Shown: positions 24,958 to 36,949 of the stretch, piece by piece
How the letters are laid out: each line of letters starts with the position of its first letter
Numbering within the stretch: position 1 is the first letter of the stretch
NCBI GenBank assembly: GCA_002269645.1
Contig: NIVC01000763.1
Location: forward strand, 62,001 to 126,000
Reading direction: 5' to 3'
DNA length: 64,000 nt
DNA from: Macrostomum lignano
Lineage: Eukaryota
Notes under the pieces: generated by a model
What the model was told of the DNA's origin: nothing
The model's database searches: none
What the model saw: the letters and a program-made list of their open reading frames with translations, nothing else
Program-made: the position numbers and the translations under genes

Positions 24958-27272
24958 TCTCTAACTATAAAAATCAAAACTCTGTGTGTCTGTCTGTGTA
25001 CAAATTACTTCGCTATAGACTCCCAAACTGCTCAACCAAATTACACCAAACTTTGCACCCACCCTAAATTCACTATGGAAAGTGTCATAGGCTACCTTAA
25101 AATTTCCTAAATTTGAGTCTTCCTACCTAAAAGTGCAAAAAACTGCTCAAAATGCACGATTTTTTTCACTAAATGCTCCATAGCGCCGCTCCACTTCTAT
25201 CAATCATCTTCAAATTTGACACACTCAATCTTCAACTATTTTGACACAATCGTGTAAAATTTCAAGTCTTAGAGTTAATCCTGAACGGCGCTGTGCACTT
25301 TTAAAGTTAGGCTGTTTTTTCAGCATAGCAACCACCCCAACCTCCATCTGCCTGCCTCTCTTTCCCGATCCTGATCTGGGCCCAGATGTGTAAAAGGGGT
25401 TTCAAAATTGAATAACTTTTGGCTGCCATAAGTTTGCTCCACGTGAAGCGATTGACTTCAAATTTGACACAATTCTTTATTGACTCATTCTCTGTCTAAT
25501 TGTAAAGTCTCAACTCTGTATCTCAATCAGAACAGAAACTGTAGGCATGTGAAGTCTGTCTGCTTTTTTTGTTGTTTGCCGCTTATCCAACTCATTCCCC
25601 TAGACGAAGGATCAGGCGATAGGGCTCAATGTACATAGCGAATGTACAGTGTTTTGGAATAACTTTTTAACAGCCTTCTCTGTACCCCCACGCGTGGAGA
25701 GGCGTAGAGAGGAGAGAGTTTAGCGAGAGATTCAAACTGTCCTCTGTATAGACAAGTCGCAGCAGTTAAACAAGGATTTCAAATCAAGGCGATGTGGGAG
25801 GGTTTGTAAAAATAGCGAAAAATTAATGAATAACTGATTACAATGCAATCCTATTATCCTACTAAATTAGTTACACCATGAAAATTTTAACATTAAGATT
25901 CGCATAAGGTACTTTAAAATTTAAATGGCCTCCTAAGAAATGCGTATTGTCTTGGTTGTTATACTGCTGCAGACTGTGGTAGTGGAGCTGGAGAATGGAG
26001 ATACACAAATTCCTCTCAGGACTGCTAATTGGCCAGAAAGATGACATGATTAAAGCATGAGAAATGATAAAAACCATGATAGTACTATGTCCCATGATAG
26101 TACTTTCGAAGCAGGGATCGGCAGATTTTTATCTCAAAGGCCAGATGAAGAATCCAGCTCATGGCTGCGGGCCAGATGAGAATGAAAAGGAAAAGGAATA
26201 GACTATTAGAGAGGGAGGAGGGGCGAGAGGGGGATAAGAGAAAAGATAGAAGATAATAGGAGAGACGAGGGGGTTGAGGAGAGAGCAGAGAATATGGGAT
26301 GAAGAAGCGAGAGGAGGGGAGAGAGAAGGGAGAGGAAATAGTAGAGGTGAAAAGATGGAGAGAGAAGAGGGGAGAGATAAGACAGAATCGATCAGAGAGG
26401 AGAGTAGAGAAGAGTGAGAACAGATGAGAGAACAGATGAGAGAGGATCGAGAGGAGAGATTTGAAAGGATAGAGAAGAGAGGAGATAAGAGGGGGAGAGA
26501 GGGGGAGAGAGAGGAGTGAGAAGAGGAGATAAGAGATAAGAGATAAGAGAGAGAGAGAGAGTTGAGAAAGAAGAGAGGAGAAAGGAGAGATGATAGAGTA
26601 AAGGGAAGAGGAGGAGAGAGGAAAGAGATGAGATTGTAGAGATGAGACAGATGAAAGGAGAGATGAGAGAGTAAAGATGAGAGATTAAAAAGGTGAGAGG
26701 AGAGTGCAGAGAGATGAGAGAAGATAATAGAGGAGAGAGTATAGAAGAGGGAAGAGAAAAGAAGAGAGGAGTCAGAAGAGGGGAAAGAAAAAGAGTACAC
26801 AGGAAAGAGGAGAGTAAAGATGACAGAAGAGCGAGGGGGGTGAGAGAGCAAAGATGAGAGTGAACAGACGAAGGAGAGATGAGAAGTGAGATAAGAGAGA
26901 TAAAGGAGGAGAGAGTGGAGAGAGAAGAGAGAAGACAAGAGAGGGAGAGAGTATAGAGGGGGGAAGAGAAGAGAAGAGAAGAGGAGAAAGGAGAAAGGAA
27001 AGAGAGGAGTCAGAAGAGGTGAAAGAAAAGAGTACAGAGGAGATAAGTGAGAGAACGTAAAAGAGAGTAAAGATGAGAGGGCAGAGATCAGGGTGAACAG
27101 ACGAGAGACGGGAGAGTAGAGAGAACAGAGGAGAGATAAGAGAGAAGAGATTACAGAGACTAGAGAAAAGAGGAGAGACAGGGAGAGAGAAGTGAGTGAG
27201 GAGAGAGAAGAGGAAAGAGGAGAATGAAGAGGGGAGAGAGTAGAGAGGAGAAGAGAGATGGGAGAGGAGAGA

Positions 27273-27337
<65 letters not shown>

Positions 27338-27742
27338 GAGAGCAGAGCAGAGAGAAAAGAGGGAGAGAGGAGAGGAGAAAGAGAAGAAAGGGGAGATGAG
27401 GGACGAGAGAGAAGAGAGGAAATAGAAGAGAAGATACAAGTTGCAATCAATCCAAGGTACGTATGGAGAGTCAGAGGCAGAGACCAGAGTTTGCCAATAC
27501 ATGTTTTAGAGTCAGATGGACATTTCTCGACATTCTGCGCAGCACATACCCCAGCCAACAATATCAAATGTTTGCCTCAAATCCTAATTTTATACGAATG
27601 TACTCCATTTTATGTTTACTCTATCCTACTAACCATTAACAAGTTTTTGTTTGAGTATGGCCTCAGATCTCAGAGCACATGCACAAATATTTCCTGGAAT
27701 CAGAATTCCCCGGGTTCAAAATCCACGGGTTTCAACAGCTTT
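24958..27742 (+). mobile_element. Non-autonomous Helitron family B, copy 1 (GA-rich passenger)
   Basis: A|TCTCTAACTATAAAAATC...(TGTC)n 5' end; 3' CCCCGGGTTCAAAATCCACGGGTTTCAACAGCTTT. Homologous along its length to 47506-50019 and 50020-52969. Confidence 0.8.
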
Positions 27743-28827
27743 TTATATTATATAAATATAGGAGGTCTAAGGTAATAAGGTTGTTGAAGTTGTTCATATA
27801 TATTGGTAGGCCTAGGCCCTAGGGGCCTATCGCTATGCAATTGATTTTAGCAAACTCTTTTGCCATTACTAAAATAATAGAAAAAAATAAAAGCAATGTT
27901 TTCTAGTTTTACTAGGCCAACTTAAGGCTTTTTAGGCCTAGTTTAAATTGCTGATCAATGAGAAGTTAGGCTCTTTATACATAGTAAATAAATTTGCTTT
28001 GTCTAAGAATATAGATATAACTAAGGTAGCAAGGGCAGCTAGAAAAGTAATGGGGTAAGCTAGCATATAGGCCTAGCCTAGACTTTACTGGTATCAATTT
28101 ATTATGACCTCCTTGACCAGTTGACCTTAGTCTTGACATTTGCCTGGCACTTTACCATTAATTTTAAGTTTTACAGAGCAACTAATTCTGTATTAACATG
28201 TATTCTATTCTGACTTAGCTTGCCTATTGCCTAACTTGCCTACAGTTCTATTAATTAAAGACATTCTGCTTTCTCTCTTTTTCTCTTCCTAGAAAATCTT
28301 ATAGGCCTAGGTTATGTAGATAGGCCTATGACTAGTTTCCTTGAAAATATGATTTAAAAATCCCATGCGCTCATAAATAGCCTAAATTAAATTGTTGAAG
28401 CAGTCAGTCTTTTATGTCTAATGAGACAAAAAACTTTTTTGCTTATAAAATATTGTTGCTTATTGTTCCAAATCGCTTTGTTCTGTCTAGGTACCTTCTA
28501 CGGCCTAACTTTCGGTTTTCTAAGAATCAGTGAGGCGAGGCGAGGCGTTATTAATAACACAGAATCTTGAATCAACGCGTTAATAGTAATAAGACAGCTC
28601 GGTAAGGGAAGAAATTGATTCGTTAGGCTAACCACAAAAAATTAAACGGCGGTATCAGTGGTATTGCTATTAGGCCAATATTTTTTTGTATAAGGCTTAG
28701 CTCTCTCTTAGAATAGAAATATAAAAATAACGAAACACATATAACAAACTCAGGTTAAGTCCGGAGTCCGAGACTAGGCCTAGCTAGACTAATAGTCATT
28801 ATTTTATTTCTAATCTAAGCAATCACC

Positions 28828-31800
28828 ATGGCAATGCAATGGATTCCATTGGAATCAAATCCTGAGGTAGGCTTAATTGCTATTGAATTATAATTTTCAT
28901 TATTTTTTTAAATTAGGAATTTAGGAAAATGTTCCACTTTTTCAATAGGCATATTATTCAATAGCCTGTTGGCCACATAGGCCTATCCCCTAAGCCTATG
29001 GGGTAGCAAGTAAATTTGCCAAAAGTTGATTCACCAAAAGTCAATTCACCAAGGCAAAAGCAAGTTGTTTCATTGAAAATTGTTTTGCTAAATAAATAAA
29101 TAACAAACAAATAAATAAAATGAACAAATATTGAAATATATTAATACAGAGATGAAATGTTAAGTGCTAACAGTGCTGGGCGTTAACTAGTTAATTGTTT
29201 AACTAGTTAATTAACTAGTTAAATTTTTTTAAAAATCGTTAAATTTTCGTTAAATTTTTTATGTATTAACTAGTTAACAAAAATCGTTAATTTTTTTCTG
29301 TATGTTAAAGTTAAATGACAAAAGTTAATAATTCCGGGAAATGGAGTTCCCCGGGTTCAAAATCCGCGGGTTTCAACAGCTTGTATGCCATTAAAAAGTA
29401 AAATTAATACATACATAAAATAACTTCGCCTTTCTAAGCATTATTTAATGCGTCACAAACTATTACATGTATATATTTCAGTTAGGGCCTACAAGTTATA
29501 ATGTATAGAATATTCCGGAAGATTCTGGAATCTTCAACTATTATCTATTGATATTCTACCCAAGGACTACTAGAAGTTATCGTTGTACATAGGGATGTCG
29601 TCGATTCCCCGGGGAATTTTCTTATTGGGGACCCGGGGAATTTACTGTCATTCCCCAGGGACCCCGTGGACCCCGGGGAAAAAATAAGTAAAAAATGGCG
29701 AATAACTTAGAATCTTTATAAGTCACTAAGTGGCATTTTTTTAACTTTGATTAAAGCTTTGGATGGACTACATGTTCAAGGCGCAAGGGTAAAAACTTTA
29801 AGCAATGTTTGTTTAATTCTGGTAGAACAGCACGCTTGATAATGAGAAGTAAAAGAAAGGAGATTGCGAGCATTTTCATTAGAACGACATGTTTCGCCTA
29901 ACTTTAGGCATCATCGGGCGGGTTGGAATTTATTTAATTTAAGTCAAAACGTAGAGTATAAATACATTTCAGTGGCAGATAGTCAGTGATGCACAAGATT
30001 GTAATAACAAAACACGGGGGGAGTCAACAGATCAAAACCGAGACAGACAGAGAAAACGTAGAGTATAAATACATTTCAGTGGCAGATAGTCAGTGATGCA
30101 CAAGATTGTAATAACAAAACACGGGGGGAGTCAACAGATTGTTACAGTAACAGTAACACTGTAACAATACAGTAACAGATTGTTATTACAATCTTGTGCA
30201 TCACTGACTATCTGCCACTGAAATGTATTTATACTCTACGTTTTGACTTAAATTAAATAAATTCCAATCTGCCCGATGATGCCTAAAGTTAGGCGAAACA
30301 TGTCGTTCTAATGAAAATGCTCGCAATCTCCTTTCTTTTAATGTTTGTTTAAAACTGTATTTGACAACATGGCATCACCAAATCGTGTGCGCACCTTTAT
30401 CAGAAAGGGTCCAGACTCCGGAGGCGGAAAATGCATACTCAGCAGCTGCACTCGTGGGAGGATAATTAATGAATGAGACTGTTTTTATAACCGAAATTTT
30501 AATTTCTTGCAGATACATGTAAATCACCATTTTGTCTTGTCTAATACGGAGTATTTTGTTATTGTATGACACCCCCCTATGCATCAGTGACTGACGCAGG
30601 ATATGGCGCTGTGCCTGCGTCAAATGTGTCAAGCCGTCAACGCAGACCAACACAATAGTCAGTAAGGCTTCTTTTTCCTGACGGGTTTCTACGCTCGTAC
30701 GTTCAATTTGCTTGATTGAAAGACTCATAGTGAAAAAAACATTCAAACGGGTCGCTAATTTCATAAGACCGAAATTTCACAACGCCGAAAATTCTGCATG
30801 CAATACAATCCTTATTGTAAAGTTTTTCTACGATGTGAAATTTCAGTCTTACGAGTATGAAGTTTCGGTCTTGTGAAGTATGGTGTTTCGGCGTTGTGAA
30901 ATTTTGGTCTTATGAACCCCCCCCCCCATTCAAATGTGTGTTGTGTTTGAAATAATACATTGAAATAAGCAGTTTTGCGGTAAAAAAAGCATAGACAGAG
31001 TTTCAATCAGCTTTCTGTGAATGATTTTCTTATTTAAATGGCAAAAATTTAGTTAAAAATGCTTTTTTTCTCCCCGGGGTCCCCGGTCTAATGCCCAGGG
31101 GAGTATTCCCCGACAAGCTCCCCAGGGCGCCGCGACCTGGCCACAGCCGCGCCGCGCCGACCTGAAATTTAAAAAACACGCCGAACACATGTCCGGGAAA
31201 ATGTCACTTTTTCCATTAGGGAATTATTAACTTTAACTTTTAACTTTTCAGAAGTTAAATTTTGGGCAAAAGTTAAATAATTAACTAGTTATAGTTAATT
31301 TTTTTGGAGCAATTAAATTAACTTTTTAACTTTTAACGAGTTAAAAAAATTGATTAACTTGCCCAGCACTGAGTGCTAAAATATGAAATGTTTAAATAGG
31401 CCTAAGGAAAAATTTAGAATGTTGAATATTGAATATTAAAATATAGATGTTAAGATTTTTCCAAGACCCCATCCATGTCTCGCACCATGTTGAGGTGGCT
31501 ACAAGCCAGGTTGTGGATGGTATGCATGTACGCCGGAACTTTTCCCGCGTACAAAACGGCCATCCTAAGTCCTTGGCGTACACAATCGGCGTACACAACC
31601 CCTGGCGCACTTTGTTGGCGTACACTATTGGCGTACACAAGTAACACAGCCACGCATACTTTTTTGGCGTACAAATTTTGGTGAATAAATTCATGCCGTG
31701 CATGGAAATTGTAATGTAAATTAATGTTTTTACGTAAAGTAAAGGAAAATTTATATCGTCAGTGATAAACTTTTTGCTTATTTTAAGTTAAAAAAAATAA

Positions 31801-34580
31801 AATTTGTGTAAAATTTTGCTGAAAGTAATAATTTTGCATAATATTTTTTGTAGGTATTATTTAAGTTTGTTTAAATTGAAAATATTCGTAATATTTTAAA
31901 GACACTTTTCATACCAAAGCCTTTCCTAGAAAACTCTACTCGTGAAAACCGAATGACCTTTTTTTAGGAATTTTTGGTGTACATTTTAGTGCAACTTTTT
32001 GTTTTTGGCGTACACTGGCGTACAAAGTCCTTGACGCCCGAATTTTTTCTGGCGTACACGGGTACATGATCTGCACACTGGGCTACAAGTATGCAAAAGC
32101 TACTGTGTAGTTTGACTGCCAGCCTAGCACTCAGCTCGGTTGAGAATCTATTGCGCCAGGCAGTGGCACTTAGCAGGTCAACTTTTAGGCTGGTAGTTGT
32201 GGTATTCGTGCCTTTTTTTTGCACTGGTTGCCTTCTTGTTATGCAGTTGCCTTGCATCTTCTTACAGAGTATTACCAATAGGTGATTGACTGTCCAGTGC
32301 TCAACACCTGGTAATTGGATTCCACAAATGCATACATTCCATCAACAACAAGGATGTCCTTTCCTCGCTTCAATCCTCCTTCGAAAATTTCAAATTCTGG
32401 TATGGCTAATGATGATTGTCTTTCTGGGGGATTGCATCGCAAAGTAATACAATGTTGTCAACTGCGTCATTGAAGTCAGCATCCAGAGCTTCTGCTGCCA
32501 AGTCATTATTGAAGTCATCAGCTCCAGCTTTTGCTGCCAAGTCCTTGTTGAAGTCATCAATGTCAACTCCAGCTGCAGCTGGAGCTTCTACCACCAAGTC
32601 CTCATTGAAGTAATCGGTGTCAACTCCAGTTGCAGCTGGAGCTTCTGCTACCAAGTCGTTGTTGAAGCCATTGTCCAACATGGATTGCAAAATAACTGGA
32701 TAGTCTCCTATCCTTATGTTAGGTGTCAATGGTGGCCAAATGCATATCCTTCTCTTCTTGCTAGGTGGGTGTTGTAATGGGCTTTAGCTAAAGTATCCCT
32801 GGCTAGTGTTATTGTCTTGGTCTTGATCTCAACCACAAGAGTGGCAGTTTGGAGGCCTATACTGCTGAGCAAGCTGGTAATCAATTACTACTGTTATTAT
32901 TATATTAAAACAGTAAATATAACTTCAAACAAATTCTGAATCTTTAAAACCAGGTGCTAAACAAATATGCTCATAATCTTGGCCTGCCATCCAACTGGAA
33001 CTTCATTGATGTGTTCTCACTGGACTCAGATGTGCTCGCTATGGTGCCCCAGCCAGTTGCTGGCCTGGTTTTTATTTATCCAATCACGCCCGAGTCCGAG
33101 GCTGAACCATTTGGAGAGCAGCTGGAGAAGTCGGACGATGTGTACTTTATGAAGCAGACTGTTAGCAATGCCTGCGGCACTGTGGCCATGCTGCACACCA
33201 TTGGCAATAGCTTGGAAAAATTGAAGCTAAAAGGTAGAAAATCCTTTTCTTTATTTAATGCAAAATAGAAAGTTTTCAAGCGGCAATTGTTTATCAACTA
33301 ATCTTCTTTTGCAGAGGGTTCCTCTCTGTTGAATTTCTTCAACAAGTCCTCGGGTGCGAGCTGCACACCGGAGACCCGGGCCAAGCTCATGGCCGAGGAC
33401 GAGGTGAGTTGCGGCGTAGATTGAGAAGTTGCGGGAAATAATTTGACGATATCACGCTTATCCATTGAGAATTGCCCTCAATACCCGAGGAGTATCGCCC
33501 TTAATCCCAAAAGAAAATCGCCCTCAATTCCCATAGAGAATCGCCTTTTATCTTCATAAAGAATCGCCCTCAATCCCCATAAAGAGTCACCCTCAATCCC
33601 CATAGAGAATCGCCCTCAATCTATACAGAATCGCACTCAGTCCATAGAGAATCGCCCTCAGTCCATAGAGAATCACGCTCAGCCCACTGAGAATCACCCT
33701 CAGCCCATTAAGAATCACTCTCAGCCCATTGAGAATCACCCTCAGCCCATTGAGAATCGCCCTCAGTCCATAGAGAGTCGCCCTCAATCCATAGAGAATC
33801 GCCCTCAGCCCATAGAGAATCGTCCTCCGCCCATAGAGAATCGCCCTCAGCCCATAGAAAATCGCTCTCAGCCCATAGAGAATCGCCCTCATAATTCATA
33901 GAGAATCGCCCTCATAATCCATAGAGAATCGCCCTCATAATCCATAGAGAATCGCCCTCATAATCCATAGAGAATCGCCCTCATAATCCATAGAGAATCG
34001 CCCTCAGCCCATAGAGAATCCCCTCAGGCCATAGAGAATCCCCTCAGCCCATAGAGAATCCCCTCAGGCCATAGAGAATCCCCTCAGCCCATAGAGAATC
34101 CCCTCATCCAAAGAGAATCACCTTCAGCCCATAGAGAATCCCCTCAGGCCATAGAGAATCCCCTCAGGCCATAGAGAATCCCCTCAGGCCATAGAGAATC
34201 CCCTCAGGCCATAGAGAATCCCCTCAGCCCATAGAGAATCCCCTCATCCAAAGAGAATCACCTTCAGCCCATAGAGAATCGCCCACCCTCTGCAGACGCT
34301 GACCTCGGCCCACGAGGAGGCGGCAGGCGAGGGCCAGACGGAGACCCCCAGCCGGGACACTTGCACCAATCTGCACTTTGTGGCCCTGCTTCACCGCTCC
34401 GGCCAGCTGTGGGAAATGGACGGCAGACGGAACGGCCCCATCTGTCACGGGGCCACCACCGAAGACCAATTCCTTCTTGACAGCGCCAAAGTTATGCAAA
34501 AGTACATCGACCGGCAGGGAAAAGACGACGTTCATTTTAGCGTCATCGCCCTGGCGGAAGGAGAATCAATGTTTTCTTAA
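28828..34580 (+). CDS. UCHL3: Ubiquitin C-terminal hydrolase, UCH-L1/L3 family (peptidase C12), 230 aa; exons 28828-28866, 32954-33233, 33315-33403, 34296-34580
   Basis: MAMQWIPLESNPE|VLNKY; catalytic Gln/Cys in MKQTVSNACGT; His in NLHFVAL; Asp in WEMDGR. All junctions are GT-AG and in frame (693 nt). L1 versus L3 orthology is not resolved. Confidence 0.93.
29333..29383 (+). mobile_element. Solo 3' terminus of Helitron family B
   Basis: TTCCCCGGGTTCAAAATCCGCGGGTTTCAACAGCTTG|T, identical to the ends at 50019 and 52969. Confidence 0.8.
29886..29917 (-). ncRNA. Minimal type-I hammerhead ribozyme-like motif (variant core)
   Basis: Reverse complement is CCGATGA-T-GCCTAAAGTTAGGC-GAAA-CATG-TC. Confidence 0.55.
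30273..30304 (+). ncRNA. Minimal type-I hammerhead ribozyme-like motif (variant core)
   Basis: CCGAUGA (canonical CUGAUGA), stem II GCCUAA/UUAGGC, GAAA, palindromic stem III ACAUGU, putative GUC cleavage triplet. Stem I is weak. Confidence 0.55.
30760..30916. mobile_element. Small fold-back MITE
   Basis: TTCATAAGACCGAAATTTCACAACGCCGAAA versus TTTCGGCGTTGTGAAATTTTGGTCTTATGAA (31-bp inverted repeat, 1 mismatch). Confidence 0.65.
31527..32066. mobile_element. MITE-like element with multiple GCGTACAC motifs in inverted arms
   Basis: Repeated GGCGTACAC/A motifs in both arms around an AT-rich centre; termini approximate. Confidence 0.45.
32070..32900 (-). pseudogene. Decayed FLYWCH zinc-finger-containing ORF, probably a Mutator-type transposase relic
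   Basis: Minus strand AIPEFEIFEGGLKRGKDILVVDGMYAFVESNYQVLSTGQSITYW*YSVRRCKATA*QEGNQ..HNYQP resembles FLYWCH spacing, with stops and frameshifts. It is preceded by an acidic linker (ORF 32406-32729). Confidence 0.5.
33470..34285. repeat. 21-bp minisatellite (GAGAATCGCCCTCAGCCCATA) filling UCH intron 3
   Basis: Tandem units running up to the acceptor at 34294-34295. Confidence 0.95.
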
Positions 34581-34759
34581 ACTGGGCGTCTTCTTGTCAA
34601 ACGGAAATTGTTAAAGATTATGCATGACCTGCTTTGTCCAGATCTGTAATACGGTGATTCCATGTCAGTAAACTGCATTGCTTTGTTCAAACCTCCAAGG
34701 GAATAAGTCAGAAAGTTTTACACTTGCAAATTCTAAGAGAACTATCTTCGGATATTTTT

Positions 34760-35775
34760 ACGGAATTGCCCACAGACCAGTTGAGAAATCGCCCTCAGAC
34801 ACCGCTTGTGAAATCGCCCTCAGACACCAGTTGAGAAATCGCCCTCAGACACCAGTTGAGAAATCGCCCTCAGACACCAGTTGAGAAATCGCCCTCAGAC
34901 ACCAGTTGAGAAATCGCCCTCAGACACCGCTTGTGAAATCGCCCTCAGACACCAGTTGAGAAATCGCCCTCAGACACCAGTTGAGAAATCGCCCTCAGAC
35001 ACCAGTTGAGAAATCGCCCTCAGACACCAGTTGAGAAATCGCCCACAGACACCAGTTGAGAAATCGCCCTCAGACACCAGTTGAGAAATCGCCCTCAGAC
35101 ACCAGTTGAGAAATTGCCCACAGACACCAGTTGAGAAATCGCCCTCAGACACCAGTTGAGAAATCGCCCACAGACACCAGTTGAGAAATCGCCCTCAGAC
35201 ACCAGTTGAGAAATCGCCCTCAGACACCAGTTGAGAAATCGCCCACAGACACCCGTTGAGAAATCGCCCTCAGACACCAGTTGAGAAATCGCCCACAGAC
35301 ACCCGTTGAGAAATCGCCCTCAGACACCAGTTGAGAAATCGCCCTCAGACACCAGTTGAGAAATTGCCCACAGACACCAGTTGAGAAATCGCCCTCAGAC
35401 ACCAGTTGAGAAATCGCCCACAGACACCAGTTGAGAAATCGCCCACAGACACCAGTTGAGAAATCGCCCTCAGACACCAGTTGAGAAATCGCCCTCAGAC
35501 ACCAGTTGAGAAATCGCCCACAGACACCCGTTGAGAAATCGCCCTCAGACACCAGTGTAGAAATCGCCCTCAGACACCAGTTGAGAAATCGCCCTCAGAC
35601 ACCAGTTGAGAAATCGCCCACAGACACCACTTGAGAAATCGCCCTCAGACACCAGTTGAGAAATCGCTCACAGACACCAGTTGAGAAATCGCCCACAGAC
35701 ACCAGTTGAGAAATCGCCCTCAGACACCAGTGTAGAAATCGCCCTCAGACCGCTTGAGAAATCGCCCTCAGACAC
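34760..35775. repeat. 25-bp minisatellite (ACCAGTTGAGAAATCGCCCTCAGAC) x~40
   Basis: Near-perfect tandem units. Confidence 0.97.
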
Positions 35776-36149
35776 CTGTCTCATTTCAAGGCTTCCTATT
35801 AAAAAGGCCTCTTTAAAACTTGAAATCTTTTCTTTAAATCAATTTCTTTTTTCATTCGCCAATATAATCCAGACATGCCCTTTCAAGTGCTGCTGCAACA
35901 ATTGGAGCTGACTAAATAATGCATTAGTCTAACGATATCTGTCATATATTGAAATTCTATTCTTTGTGTTGTGACCGCTCTACAATTGCCAGTTTGAAAT
36001 ATATATACAAGCTTTAAATTAATGTTCTTTTGCTGAGAACTATCGCTATTCATTCATTTGCTTCTTTTTAAAAGAACATATTTCTTGGACAATTGAGATT
36101 ATTTTTATTTGATGCCAAGCTTGATAAGTAACGTCTGCATGACCTATTT

Positions 36150-36640
36150 TACAGATCGCTTACACACCCATTCAGAATCGCTTACAGACCCCATTCAGAA
36201 TCGCTTACAGACCCCATTCAGAATCGCTTACAGACCCCATTCAGAATCGCTTACAGACCCCATTCAGAATCGCTTACAGACCCCATTCAGAATCGCTTAC
36301 AGACCCCATTCAGAATCGCTTACAGACCCCATTCAGAATCGCTTACAGACCCCATTCAGAATCGCTTACAGACCCCATTCAGAATCGCTTACAGACCCCA
36401 TTCAGAATCGCTTACACGCATTCATTCAGAATCGCTTACACACCCATTCAGAATCGCTTACACACCCATTCAGAATCGCTTACACACCCATTCAGAATCG
36501 CTTACACACCCATTCAGAATCGCTTACACACCCATTCAGAATCGCTTACACACCCATTCAGAATCGCTTACAGACCCATTCAGAATCGCTTACACACCCA
36601 TTCAGAATCGCTTACAGACCCCATTCAGAATCGCTTGCAC
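36150..36640. repeat. 23-bp minisatellite (CATTCAGAATCGCTTACAGACCC) x~21
   Basis: Near-perfect tandem units. Confidence 0.97.
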
Positions 36641-36949
36641 ACTTCTGAATATCTGGATCTGGAAATCTCCGGCTCTCTCTCTGACTGCACCTCTGCTACC
36701 TCATCATTCACTTGTCGAAGGCCTCAGCAAAGGATGAGGGGGCAGGGGGTCCGTGACCGTGACCCCCTCCCAACCAGTCTTCATCTGCTGTTCAGTGTCA
36801 CACCTGCAAACTAATTATCCATTAGTCACTATTCAATTATTCAGTTTAAAGTAATGTAATTATCTATATTTAATAGATTAGCATCAGATAATTAGCAGGT
36901 CAAATAGACACATCCGAGCTAAATAGTGTTGAGTGAACTACGAGTATAT

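Larger units (their letters stand above)
29822..30339. mobile_element. Penelope-like pseudo-LTR pieces: inverted pair plus an internal partial direct repeat
   Basis: ~160-bp near-perfect inverted repeat (29852-30010 vs 30179-30339) and a direct repeat (29947-30032 vs 30054-30140). Each inverted arm carries a hammerhead-like motif. Confidence 0.7.
29171..31371. mobile_element. hAT-type MITE with nested insertions, in UCH intron 1
   Basis: TIR CAGTGCTGGGC / GCCCAGCACTG; 8-bp TSD AGTGCTAA at 29163-29170 and 31372-31379; subterminal TTAACTAGTTAA arrays in both arms. Confidence 0.9.

Noticed and set aside
26159-27567. Long Leu/Ser-rich ORFs (also 49002-49839, 51277-52802)
   Set aside because: These are reverse translations of GA-only tracts, which cannot contain stop codons.
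30375-30764. 129-aa ORF within the nested MITE
   Set aside because: No recognisable domain; lies within repeat layers.
34760-35775. CRISPR-like arrays
   Set aside because: Contiguous tandem units without unique spacers, no cas genes, eukaryotic context; the same applies to all arrays here.
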